Assembly (NCBI GenBank): GCA_043780615.1 | Contig: JAYWDN010000064.1 | Coordinates: 3,985-67,984 of the forward strand | Origin: Bacteroidota bacterium | Lineage (GTDB): Bacteria; Bacteroidota; Bacteroidia; Cytophagales; Cyclobacteriaceae | Length of the DNA: 64,000 nucleotides | Reading direction: 5' to 3' | Shown: in pieces, positions 47,597 through 56,867 of the stretch | Layout of the letters: every line of letters begins with the position of its first letter | Position numbering within the stretch: position 1 is the first letter of the stretch | The notes under the pieces: generated by a model | Database searches by the model: none | What the model was told of the DNA's origin: nothing | The model's input: the letters and a program-made list of their open reading frames with translations, nothing else | Made by a program: the position numbers and the translations under genes

Positions 47597-48490
47597 TTAA
47601 ACGATTTTATAGTTCTTGTATTCTCCGATTCGGTAGCCCGTAAATGAATAGACAAACCGTTTTATTTTTTCTTTAAGAGAATATTTTTTCTTGGCAAGAT
47701 CATATTTGAATCTCCAGTTTATCTGATGGATCCGTGCACGCAGTGCCATGGGGTGTGTGCCATCAAACAGTTCGAGCGAATCGATATTGCTGTAATCAAA
47801 TGCCTCTGCCTTTACCACGTTTTCATTTATCCACTGATCATCGTGATAGAACTTTGTCCAGTCTTGCTGCTTGTGCTGCATGGCACGTGGGTCTTTCACC
47901 CAGCCATAGTGATAGATAAATGCATCGATCAATTTCACACGCAATTTTTCGCTTGCCTGCCGGTAGGCAGGGTTTGGTTTTTTGCGAAAGCCCTGTGCAT
48001 CGCGGTAAGAAAAAATGTTTTTATTGTTTCGCACAATTCGGATTTCCCTTCGGTACCAGCGCCACGACTCGCCCACGTAATCATACGAGCCATAAAAATG
48101 TTTGTAGTTGAAGAGCAGGCCATCAATTGATCGGTCGTCTTTGTATTTCTCCATTGCCTCGCGAATGGCAGGAAAATATTTTTCATGCACCGCCTCATCG
48201 GCCTGAACATAAAACGCCCAATCGCTGTCGGGTGAGATGGCCCGAAAAGCCTTGTCTGTTTCCAAAGCAAACGTCCTGCCGCCTTCGCGCAGGTTGTCAT
48301 CCCAAATCGTTTCAATGATTTTTATTTTGGGAGAATTGATATTACGGATCAACGCCATCGTATCGTCAGAAGAATTGCCTACGGCCACCACGAACTCATC
48401 ACAAAGGGGAAGCACGGAAGAAATGGCCTCCACTACTGGATAATCATATTTTACCGCATTGCGGATAATAGTAAAGCCACTGACTTTCAT
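47597..48490 (-). CDS. Glycosyltransferase family 2 with 7-aa in-frame insertion
   Basis: SGFTIIRNA..YDYP, QADE and YHYGWV. Contains PAYRQAS, encoded by a palindromic element. Confidence 0.85.
   Translation of the reverse strand: MKVSGFTIIRNAVKYDYPVVEAISSVLPLCDEFVVAVGNSSDDTMALIRNINSPKIKIIETIWDDNLREGGRTFALETDKAFRAISPDSDWAFYVQADEAVHEKYFPAIREAMEKYKDDRSIDGLLFNYKHFYGSYDYVGESWRWYRREIRIVRNNKNIFSYRDAQGFRKKPNPAYRQASEKLRVKLIDAFIYHYGWVKDPRAMQHKQQDWTKFYHDDQWINENVVKAEAFDYSNIDSLELFDGTHPMALRARIHQINWRFKYDLAKKKYSLKEKIKRFVYSFTGYRIGEYKNYKIV
47951..47971. repeat. 21-bp REP-like palindrome within coding sequence
   Basis: Minus strand CCTGCC-TACC-GGCAGG-CAAGC is a hairpin exactly 7 codons long. Confidence 0.7.
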
Positions 48491-48572
48491 GAGCCCAAAA
48501 AAACAAAGTTAATATCAGCCGAACTAAAAATAGTTTGTTTTTAGAATACTTTATTTTGTTCTTTGAAACGAA

Positions 48573-49469
48573 ATGATTGTAGGCACAGAAATAGCTCAGG
48601 TCAAGAAATCGAATAGTAAGGATCGATTATTTTCTATTTTGATTCCCTCCTGGAACAACTTGCCCTACTTGAAATTGTGTGTCGAAAGCATTCGCAAAAA
48701 CTCTACGTTTTCCCACCAGATAATAGTTCACGTCAACGAAGGCAGAGATGGTTCGCTGGAATGGGTGAAAGAACAACCCGATCTTGATTTTGTGCACAGC
48801 GACAAAAACATTGGGGTTTGCTATGCGCTGAATGGATGCCGCTCGTTGGTGGACACCTCCTACATTTTGTTTATTAACGATGACATGTATGTTTGCCCCA
48901 ATTGGGACAAATACTTAAAGGAAGAGATCGATAATATTGGGCATCACTATTTTTTTCTTTCCTCTACCGCTATCGAGCCCGTCTTTAGTAGCAATTGTGC
49001 CATTCAAAAAGACTATGGCCGCACCATCGAAACTTTTGATGAGAAAAAACTCCTCGAAGAATTTGAATCGTTGCCAAAAAAAGATTGGCTCGGTGCAACA
49101 TGGCCACCCAATGTGGTTCATGTAAATGTGTGGGATATGGTGGGCGGTTACAGCGCGGAGTTTTCACCCGGTCTTTATTCTGACCCCGATTTTTCAATGA
49201 AACTTTGGAAGATGGGTATCCGGTTTTTCAAAGGAGTGGGCAAGAGCAGGGTTTATCATTTTGGCTCTAAGTCGGTAAAGCGAGTGAAAAGGAATGCGGG
49301 GTATTATAAATTCATTTCAAAGTGGGGAATAACTTCGAGTACGTTATCCAATCAATATTTGCACCGAGGCAAACCTTTTACGGGTTATCTTTTTAAACCA
49401 GTGATTGGATTGGATATTCGATTCAAGAATGTTTTGAAGAGGATGGGCGCGGTATTCAGGCGAGCTTAA
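48573..49469 (+). CDS. Glycosyltransferase family 2
   Basis: SILIPSWNN, FINDDM and SDPDFSMKLW. Confidence 0.85.
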   Translation: MIVGTEIAQVKKSNSKDRLFSILIPSWNNLPYLKLCVESIRKNSTFSHQIIVHVNEGRDGSLEWVKEQPDLDFVHSDKNIGVCYALNGCRSLVDTSYILFINDDMYVCPNWDKYLKEEIDNIGHHYFFLSSTAIEPVFSSNCAIQKDYGRTIETFDEKKLLEEFESLPKKDWLGATWPPNVVHVNVWDMVGGYSAEFSPGLYSDPDFSMKLWKMGIRFFKGVGKSRVYHFGSKSVKRVKRNAGYYKFISKWGITSSTLSNQYLHRGKPFTGYLFKPVIGLDIRFKNVLKRMGAVFRRA

Positions 49470-49489
49470 CCGAGCTGGGTGTCCGTAAA

Positions 49490-50416
49490 TCAGATTAGCG
49501 TAAAAAACATTTTTACACAAAAGAGAACCTTTCGAAATGGTGACCTTTTTTTTGTTGCTAACAATTCGTCTTTAAATTTTAAAAAAGTAATCATTCTCAA
49601 AAAATTAGTAGAAAGAGAAAAGTTAGTATAACTTTTCGTCAGGCTTCTTAAAACTTTTTTTGCTTCAACAGAATCAGGACATGTTACGTAAAACAGAGAA
49701 ATCCGATTCCGGATTATGGTAAGCTTATTGATTTTGTCTTCGTCCTTCTTCCTCCCTTTTATTTTTATAGCACCAATTACATTTCCGGTATGCTGTCGGT
49801 ATTTCACCAATGGTTGATCCACAAATTGAATAACCCCTTGCGTAGAGGCTACGAACGCCAACCACCAATCATGGATAATGAAAGTTGGAAACGGCATCGC
49901 TTTTGTCGCTAATTTTTTTGTAAAGATGGCAGCGTGTCCTGATACCGTGTTGCCGATTATAAAGGGCAAAGGATTAGTATAGGTAGCAAGGTTTTTGATA
50001 TCAGAAATTCTTCTTCCTAAACTCTTCCCCTCACTATTAATGAATATCGAATCACAATAAATAATTACAGTATTTTCCTTCCAAGAATTCATCAATACGG
50101 AAACCTTGTTTTCAGCCCACACATCATCCTGATCGCACAAGGAAATAAATCCCCCACTACAGAGTTTGATCCCACGCTCGAAGGTTTTTGAAGGCCCGCA
50201 GTTTATTTCATTTTCGTAAACTTTAAAATTGGGATGAAGCAATTCATATTCTTTCAATATCACTAAAGTGGAATCAGATGAACAATCATCCACGGCAATA
50301 ATTTCTAATGGAGCGTAGGTTTGAGCAAATAAACTATCAAGTTGCTCGCGCAAAAACTTTGCGCCATTGTAGGTGGCAATAACAATTGAAACTAGTGGAG
50401 TGTTGGATGCAGGCAT
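49490..50416 (-). CDS. Glycosyltransferase family 2
   Basis: IATYNG, DDCSSD, LCDQDDVW, HDWW and YRQH. Confidence 0.9.
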   Translation of the reverse strand: MPASNTPLVSIVIATYNGAKFLREQLDSLFAQTYAPLEIIAVDDCSSDSTLVILKEYELLHPNFKVYENEINCGPSKTFERGIKLCSGGFISLCDQDDVWAENKVSVLMNSWKENTVIIYCDSIFINSEGKSLGRRISDIKNLATYTNPLPFIIGNTVSGHAAIFTKKLATKAMPFPTFIIHDWWLAFVASTQGVIQFVDQPLVKYRQHTGNVIGAIKIKGRKKDEDKINKLTIIRNRISLFYVTCPDSVEAKKVLRSLTKSYTNFSLSTNFLRMITFLKFKDELLATKKRSPFRKVLFCVKMFFTLI

Positions 50417-50518
50417 TGGTAAGCTTTGTTATTCCAAATTTGAAGTTAATAGGTTTGGAAACAACATTCTCTGAAAAAAAAACTGCCGGTTTTTATGATA
50501 GTTTTTTTCGATGGAAAC

Positions 50519-51331
50519 TCAATTTGAATTTGCTCCAACCATTCTTTCTGCCGTAAGAACATGGAAGCGGTTGTTAATCGGGGAATACTTGGTTCGATAG
50601 CCTAACGACTGTAGATAATTATTAAAATAGGTAATGTTATTCTTCTCCTCATCTACATCATGCACTTCAATCATCATCTTTTTTATTCGTCTGATGTGCT
50701 CGGGATCTGTATTGTAGAGAATATCAAACTCACTTCCCTCACAATCCATTTTCATAAAATCAATCTGTTCCAAATTATTTTGAATGATTATCTGAGAAAG
50801 CGTAGTGCTTTCTACTATAATTTTATTGGCATGGCTTTTTTCAAAACCAGAAAAAACAGAAGCGTTTTGTGTAAGCTCTTTTTCGCTATCCAAGTAAAGG
50901 GTGATGCCATCCATAGGTTTTCCGGTTACCGCCTTCCCCTGCAAGTCTATTTTTTCTTGTAATAATTTATTATCGGCTACGATTTGTTTCAAGGTGTCAA
51001 TGTTCACGGGAATCGGCTCGAAAGCGTAGATTTTCTTCACTGGCCCTTTGGAAACTATCAATGCACTAAAAAATCCAACATTGGCACCGATATCAAGTAG
51101 TACGGAATCAGGGGAAAGCCCTTTGATCAATTCATCAACATCGTAAACATCCGACATAAATATTTCCTTGAAGATCAGCAGGAGCCTTCTCGGCACACGG
51201 ATTTTCAGGGCACGCGGTTTTGTAATAAAAATCAGTTCATCCCTGCGCTTGATTTTATCAAAAAAGTAAGGCAGCGGATTTTGAATGTTCTTGAAAAGCC
51301 TAATGTATCTACTGAACCCTTGAACTGGCAT
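50519..51331 (-). CDS. FkbM-family methyltransferase
   Basis: LDIGANVG, FEP and KMDCEGSE. Confidence 0.9.
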   Translation of the reverse strand: MPVQGFSRYIRLFKNIQNPLPYFFDKIKRRDELIFITKPRALKIRVPRRLLLIFKEIFMSDVYDVDELIKGLSPDSVLLDIGANVGFFSALIVSKGPVKKIYAFEPIPVNIDTLKQIVADNKLLQEKIDLQGKAVTGKPMDGITLYLDSEKELTQNASVFSGFEKSHANKIIVESTTLSQIIIQNNLEQIDFMKMDCEGSEFDILYNTDPEHIRRIKKMMIEVHDVDEEKNNITYFNNYLQSLGYRTKYSPINNRFHVLTAERMVGANSN

Positions 51332-51439
51332 TTCTGTTTAAATTTATTTGAGCCAAGGTAAAAAAAATATCAATAGCTGCGACCAAGACTTTAACGCCAA
51401 ATTTCACTTTAACCCAGTTGCTTGCAAACTTGTAAGCAA

Positions 51440-51469
51440 ATAAAAACTGCCAGATTTCTCCGGCAGTTT
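51440..51469 (-). terminator. Intrinsic terminator after vWA gene
   Basis: Minus strand AAACTGCCGGA-GAAA-TCTGGCAGTTT followed by TTATTT. Confidence 0.75.
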
Positions 51470-51489
51470 CATGCAACCGTTTAAATTAT

Positions 51490-53376
51490 TTATTTACTGA
51501 CCACCAACCGATCAGCTTTCACCAAGCTGATGAACTCTGTGCGATAGCCCTCTTTGTCTACACCTTTGGCTCCTTGCGCAAGATTTAAAATTCTGTCTTC
51601 GGTGAAGGCATTTAAATATTCTGATTGGCGCAGCAACATGCCAAACGATGCCACCGAGGTTGCCCATCTAAAGTTGTCAGAAGTTTTTTCGATTGAAATG
51701 TTGTTGTCAATCAACGGGTGAACGATCAACTGGCTCACTTCGCCATCTGGTTTTTTGTAACGGAATTTTACCGTCATCAATTCATTGCCGCTTTTTGTTT
51801 TCGGATCAAGTTTTAATGTTTGGTATTTTAATTCGTCAACCTTAAAAAATTTGCTCTCTACTCCCACCGGAATGATTTCGTAAAGTGCCGTCACAGTGTG
51901 GCCGCTGCCCAGCTCGCCTGCATCTTTTTTGTCGTTGTTGAAGTCCTCGCTTTTCAGCATCCGGTTTTCGTAGCCGATCAACCGGTAAGCTTGTACCTTG
52001 GCGGGATTAAATTCGATCTGCAACTTCACATCTTTGGCGATGGTGAAAAGTGTGCCACCAAATTCGTTCACCAATGCTTTCTGCGCTTCAAGAATCGAAT
52101 CGATGTATAAATAATTTCCATTGCCCTTGTCGGCCAGCGTTTCCATTTTAGAGTCTTTGTAGTTGCCCATGCCAAAGCCCATCACCGTAAGGAACACCCC
52201 CGTTTGTCTTTTTGCTTCGATCAGCCGCTCCATGGCATCATCGCTCGACTCGCCAATGTTGAAGTCGCCATCGGTGGCCAAGATCACACGGTTGTTTCCC
52301 TCCTTGTTAAAATTTTCTTTGGCTACTTCATAAGCCAAGCGAATGCCCTCGCCCCCGGCCGTTGAGCCTCCTGCTTGTAAGTTATCGAGTGCGGCAATTA
52401 TTTTATTTTTTTCAGCACCCGAAGTGGAAGGCAACACCAAGCCAGCGGCACCGGCATACACCACAATGGCCACATGGTCTTGCTCGCGCAACTGCTGCAC
52501 TAATAATTTAAAAGAAGATTTCAACAACGGCAATTTATTGGTGTCGCTCATCGAACCCGATACGTCAATCAAGAAAACCAAATTAGTAGGAGGCAACTTT
52601 TCGGTAGGGATTATTCTGCCTTGCAGGCCAATGAGCACGAGTTTATGTTTTTCATTCCATGGCGCAGTAGAGATTTCAGTGTTGATTGAAAACGGATCTT
52701 CGTTTTTGGGCTGTGGATAATCATAATGAAAATAGTTTACCATTTCTTCGATGCGCACCGCACCTTGTGGCGGGCGTTGGCCACTTTGCAAAAACCTGCG
52801 CACGTTACTGTACGAAGCCGCATCTACATCGATTGAGAAAGTAGAGAGCGGACTGCGTGTGGCATCGTGAAAAATATTTTCGGTGATGCCGTTGTACGCT
52901 TCGGTGTTGAATTGCTCTTCGGCTTCGTACCGATCGCCAATCGATGGCTGATAGGCCTGGTCCATCGGGGCATACGACTGGTCATATTTTTTCTCTTTAA
53001 CGTATTGGCCAACGCCTATGGGTTTGGTGTGGTTCGTAATTTTCCCTTGGCCAGAGCTCACTTCGCTAAGCGCAACTGTTCCGTTTTCCATGACCACATC
53101 GATCCGGTTCTTTGTTCCAACTTTTACTTCTTTCGTTTTCAATCCGATAAAAGAAAAAACCAATACACCACCTTGGTCGGGCACGGCAACCAGATAGTTG
53201 CCCTGCACATCGGAAACGGTAGCAACGCTCGTTCCCTTGAGTGCGATGTTGACACCCGATAGTGGCTTGCCATCCACGGCAAAGGTTATTTTACCAGCAA
53301 TGGTGCGTGCTGGCATGAGTCGAAAGCTGGTGAAGATAAGAGCAACCATCACGAGCATAGAGATTTTTGTTTTCAT
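51490..53376 (-). CDS. YfbK-like vWA domain protein (CarboxypepD_reg + vWF_A + VWA + DUF3520)
   Basis: Signal peptide, STFSIDVD.ASY, MIDAS DVSGS, LATDGDFN and ADKGNGNY. ATG start at 53376. Confidence 0.9.
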   Translation of the reverse strand: MKTKISMLVMVALIFTSFRLMPARTIAGKITFAVDGKPLSGVNIALKGTSVATVSDVQGNYLVAVPDQGGVLVFSFIGLKTKEVKVGTKNRIDVVMENGTVALSEVSSGQGKITNHTKPIGVGQYVKEKKYDQSYAPMDQAYQPSIGDRYEAEEQFNTEAYNGITENIFHDATRSPLSTFSIDVDAASYSNVRRFLQSGQRPPQGAVRIEEMVNYFHYDYPQPKNEDPFSINTEISTAPWNEKHKLVLIGLQGRIIPTEKLPPTNLVFLIDVSGSMSDTNKLPLLKSSFKLLVQQLREQDHVAIVVYAGAAGLVLPSTSGAEKNKIIAALDNLQAGGSTAGGEGIRLAYEVAKENFNKEGNNRVILATDGDFNIGESSDDAMERLIEAKRQTGVFLTVMGFGMGNYKDSKMETLADKGNGNYLYIDSILEAQKALVNEFGGTLFTIAKDVKLQIEFNPAKVQAYRLIGYENRMLKSEDFNNDKKDAGELGSGHTVTALYEIIPVGVESKFFKVDELKYQTLKLDPKTKSGNELMTVKFRYKKPDGEVSQLIVHPLIDNNISIEKTSDNFRWATSVASFGMLLRQSEYLNAFTEDRILNLAQGAKGVDKEGYRTEFISLVKADRLVVSK

Positions 53377-53399
53377 AATTTTTTGAGTTTTGAGGTTAG

Positions 53400-53422
53400 G
53401 ATGTTGGCGGCATCGGTTTTCC
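53400..53422 (-). promoter_or_regulatory. Possible ECF-sigma promoter for the vWA gene
   Basis: Minus strand GGAAAAC-N12-CATC, resembling ECF -35/-10 pairs. Inference only. Confidence 0.35.
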
Positions 53423-53515
53423 ATAAAAACCTTGAAAAAAAATTTTAACTGGCCTTATGCAAAATAGTAACGTCTTTGTCCAAAGGGATGCCTTTGGCAC
53501 GAGCACAGCGGTAGG

Positions 53516-53624
53516 GTCGTGCGATGGCGCGAAGCAATCTGTTTAGGGATCGCTTCGCCTCACCACTTCCTCCTCAGGTGCCTGCCTTTGCCGAAGCGGC
53601 TACGCGCAGTCAGGCTCGCGATGC
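53516..53624. repeat. Degenerate composite REP-like element with nested CCTGCC..CAGG unit
   Basis: CGAAGCAATC...GATCGCTTCG...CTCGCGATG matches the element at 59252-59335. A nested CCTGCCTTTGCCGAAGCGGCTACGCGCAGTCAGG lies at 53581-53614. Confidence 0.6.
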
Positions 53625-53670
53625 GTCAAATTATTAGTTTTGCGTATGATCACATTTTAACTTGTTGCCA

Positions 53671-54219
53671 ATGGTCAATGAGCAACCCGACAATGAACTT
53701 GTGCAACGCTATAAAGAGACGGGCGATCTCTTGTTGATTGGGGAACTGTACACCCGCTACACGGCTTTGGTTTATGGAGTGTGCTTAAAATATTTAAAAG
53801 ACCGAGAGGAAGCAAAAGATGCGGCCATGCAGGTTTTTGAAAAATTGATTTCAACTTTAAAAAACCATGACGTAGAAAATTTCAGAAGCTGGCTGTACGT
53901 ATCGGCACGCAACCATTGCCTGATGCACATCCGCAGCAAAAAAGGTAAATTCAACCAAGATATTTTTGCAGGGGGTGTGGAAAACCAATTTGTTCTGCAT
54001 CCTGAAGAAGAAAGCAGTTTGGAAAATGATTTGGGAAGGTTGGAAGCCTGCATTAATAAACTAATGGAAGGGCAACAACAATGTGTGCGTTTGTTTTATT
54101 TAGAAGAAAAATGCTACAAAGAAATTGCTGAAAGCACGGGCTTTGACTTGAACGCGGTGAAAAGCTTTATCCAAAACGGAAAACGGAATTTAAAAATTTG
54201 TATGGGAGCAAATGGATAA
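53671..54219 (+). CDS. ECF RNA polymerase sigma-70 factor
   Basis: EAKDAAMQVF, FRSWLY..ARNHC and region 4 (CYKEIAESTG...VKSFIQNGKRNLK). TAGTTTTG promoter at 53635-53642. Confidence 0.93.
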   Translation: MVNEQPDNELVQRYKETGDLLLIGELYTRYTALVYGVCLKYLKDREEAKDAAMQVFEKLISTLKNHDVENFRSWLYVSARNHCLMHIRSKKGKFNQDIFAGGVENQFVLHPEEESSLENDLGRLEACINKLMEGQQQCVRLFYLEEKCYKEIAESTGFDLNAVKSFIQNGKRNLKICMGANG

Positions 54220-55255
54220 CCCCTCAGACGATAGTGTCAAATACAAAAAAGGCGAGATGAGCCCGCAACAAATGCACGCATTTGAAAAGCGAGCATTGAG
54301 CGATCCTTTTTTGGCAGAAGCACTGGAAGGTATTGAAAACATTAGCGATCAGGAGTTATCGAAAGATGTTTCTGCGATCAATGAAACTGTATTGGGCAAA
54401 AAGAAAGTCATCATCTTCACACCCTTGCGCATTGCAGCCGGCTTAGCATTATTGGTTTCGTCAATATTTTTGGTTTATCAATTTACTCCCCAACCAGAAA
54501 TGCTTGCCTTGAAAACTGAAAAACAAAAACCTGAAGCGAAAAAAAATGAGAGCCCTCAATCTGAAAGCAAGGCAACGGAAACAGAAATAGTAAAACAGAA
54601 AGCAGCAACGGGCATAGCATCGATTAAAAATCAAAAACCTAAAGTTGACGACCAGAAACAACCGGCTCTCAATCGGCCGTTGGATGCACCTGCACCGTTG
54701 CAAGAAATAGTCTCTGCTGAGCCACAACAGGTAAAAGCAGATTTAAGAGAAGAGGAAAAACAAACCGATCTTGCCAAAGGACAGGTTCAAAATTCTGGAG
54801 AGCAAGGAGTAATCAACGAAAAGAAAAAAGAATCATTTTCAAAATCGGAAACGAGCAATAGCAGGGCGGCAAAAAGATTGAAGAAGGATGCTCCCCTTGG
54901 TAAAGGAGAGATGACGGATGTAGCAGCCGATAAAAATGGAGAAACAGTTTTAGGTCCATCGCCACTTGGTGGCAGGCAAGCATTTGATAAATATTTAAAA
55001 GACAACCTACATTATCCCACCGATGCACTGAAAAACAAAATTGGAGGAGCAGTGGTCATTCAATTTAATGTTCGGCCTGATGGCAGCACCGAAAATTTTG
55101 TGGTTGCCAAAAGTATTGGGTATGGCTGCGATGAAGAAGCAGTTCGATTGGTGAAAGAAGGCCCGAAGTGGATTGCCGTAGTTGAGGGAAGCAAGCCCGG
55201 ATTGAACAAGACCCAAGTAAAAATTATTTTTGACCACTCAGAGGCGAACCGTTAA
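54212..55255 (+). CDS. Anti-sigma-like membrane protein with C-terminal TonB domain
   Basis: N-terminal H.FEK.AL.DPFLAEALEG, one TM helix, a charged linker, and TonB_C (L.YP.DA...G.V..QF.V...G....GYGCDEEA.RL). Confidence 0.8.
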   Translation: MDNPSDDSVKYKKGEMSPQQMHAFEKRALSDPFLAEALEGIENISDQELSKDVSAINETVLGKKKVIIFTPLRIAAGLALLVSSIFLVYQFTPQPEMLALKTEKQKPEAKKNESPQSESKATETEIVKQKAATGIASIKNQKPKVDDQKQPALNRPLDAPAPLQEIVSAEPQQVKADLREEEKQTDLAKGQVQNSGEQGVINEKKKESFSKSETSNSRAAKRLKKDAPLGKGEMTDVAADKNGETVLGPSPLGGRQAFDKYLKDNLHYPTDALKNKIGGAVVIQFNVRPDGSTENFVVAKSIGYGCDEEAVRLVKEGPKWIAVVEGSKPGLNKTQVKIIFDHSEANR

Positions 55256-55334
55256 TAGCCAACCAAATAAAAAGTTCCTTTTCACTTCCATTATTATTTA
55301 TACTTTTGGGCAACATAGACATAACACTATTTTC

Positions 55335-56813
55335 ATGGGTTTATTTATTAAGAAGCCACTCGCACAACTTTTAGCTCAGGCTGCCGATTCGGGACAGACA
55401 TTAAAAAGAACACTGGGTGCGGGCAACCTTGTGGCACTGGGAGTTGGTGCGATCATCGGTGCGGGCCTCTTTGTACGCACAGCAGCAGCAGCAGGCCAAG
55501 CAGCCGGGCCGGCCGTGGTGGTCTCGTTCATCATCGCAGCTGTGGGCTGCGCCTTTGCGGGGTTATGTTATGCCGAATTTGCCTCGATGATCCCTGTGGC
55601 GGGCAGTGCCTATACTTATGCCTACGCCACGATGGGCGAAATTGTGGCCTGGGCTATCGGTTGGTCGTTGGTATTGGAGTATGCACTCGGGGCAGCAACT
55701 GTTGCCATCTCATGGAGCCAGTATCTAAATAATTTGATGGGTGGATCAATACCGTATGAGTGGTGTCACTCACCACTTGAGAATAACGCTAATGGAGTTT
55801 ATGGAATTATCAATTTACCGGCATTGGTCATCCTTACCATTATCACCTTGATTTTGATCAAGGGCACACAAGAATCTGCTTTTATAAATGCAATTATTGT
55901 TGTCGTAAAAATTACGATTGTTCTTGTATTCATCGCACTCGGCTGGCATTTCATCAACCCGGCCAACTATGTGCCATTCATGATCCCTGCCGATGCCGCA
56001 AGTGTCACTGCTCAAAATGGTGTTGTTCATTCCTATGCACCGTTCTTCAACCACGGCATAGGTGGTGTGTTGCACGGAGCGGCCATTGTTTTCTTTGCCT
56101 TCATTGGCTTCGATGCCGTTTCAACAGCAGCACAAGAAACCAAAAACCCAAAACGCGATATGCCCATTGGCATCCTCGGCTCGCTGGCTATTTGCACTGT
56201 GCTTTATATTTTGTTTTCACACGTACTCACGGGTGTAGCCCCTTATACTGATTTTATAAAAGGAGGGAGCGAAGCTTCAGTGGCTTATGCGATCAAAAAC
56301 TATATGCCTGGATTTGGTTGGCTTGCCACGTTGGTCAGTGCGGCAATCCTTGCGGGGTTTTCAACCGTGATCTTAGCCATGCTTTACGGACAGTCGCGTG
56401 TGTTTTTCTCGATGTCGAACGATGGATTATTGCCCAAAGTTTTTTCAGAACTTCACTCCGAGTTCCGCACTCCATACAAATCCAATCTTATCTTGTTGTT
56501 GTTCACGGGTGCTATCGCGGGCTTTATCCCAGAAAGCCTAACGGGTACACTCACCAGCATCGGTACCTTATTTGCATTCGTGTTGGTCTGTGCCGGCATT
56601 TGGATAATGCGAAGAACTGATCCTAAAACAGAAAGACCTTTCCGAACCCCATTAGTTCCGCTCGTCCCAATTCTTGGGATGGTGGTGTGCACCGTATTAA
56701 TCGTGGCTTTGGACACCATGACACAAGTGGTTGCTCTTGTTTGGTTGCTGATTGGCTTGGTGGTGTACTTTATGTACAGCAAAAAGAACAGTACGCTGCG
56801 CAATCAGAAGTAA
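55335..56813 (+). CDS. APC-family amino acid permease
   Basis: GVGAIIGAGLF, CYAEFASMIPVAGSAY and FFAFIGFDAVST. ATG start at 55335. Confidence 0.93.
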   Translation: MGLFIKKPLAQLLAQAADSGQTLKRTLGAGNLVALGVGAIIGAGLFVRTAAAAGQAAGPAVVVSFIIAAVGCAFAGLCYAEFASMIPVAGSAYTYAYATMGEIVAWAIGWSLVLEYALGAATVAISWSQYLNNLMGGSIPYEWCHSPLENNANGVYGIINLPALVILTIITLILIKGTQESAFINAIIVVVKITIVLVFIALGWHFINPANYVPFMIPADAASVTAQNGVVHSYAPFFNHGIGGVLHGAAIVFFAFIGFDAVSTAAQETKNPKRDMPIGILGSLAICTVLYILFSHVLTGVAPYTDFIKGGSEASVAYAIKNYMPGFGWLATLVSAAILAGFSTVILAMLYGQSRVFFSMSNDGLLPKVFSELHSEFRTPYKSNLILLLFTGAIAGFIPESLTGTLTSIGTLFAFVLVCAGIWIMRRTDPKTERPFRTPLVPLVPILGMVVCTVLIVALDTMTQVVALVWLLIGLVVYFMYSKKNSTLRNQK

Positions 56814-56827
56814 CACTGATAATTTAT

Positions 56828-56867
56828 CATTAGGCGTCTGATACTGAAAGGTGTCTTACGCCTTTTT
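56828..56867 (+). terminator. Probable terminator between convergent genes
   Basis: AGGCGT...GATACT-GAAA-GGTGTC...ACGCCT followed by a T run. Confidence 0.55.

Noticed and set aside
56816-56828. TGATAATTTATCA palindrome as a Fur box
   Set aside because: It lies between convergent stop codons, not in a promoter, and is shorter than a full box.
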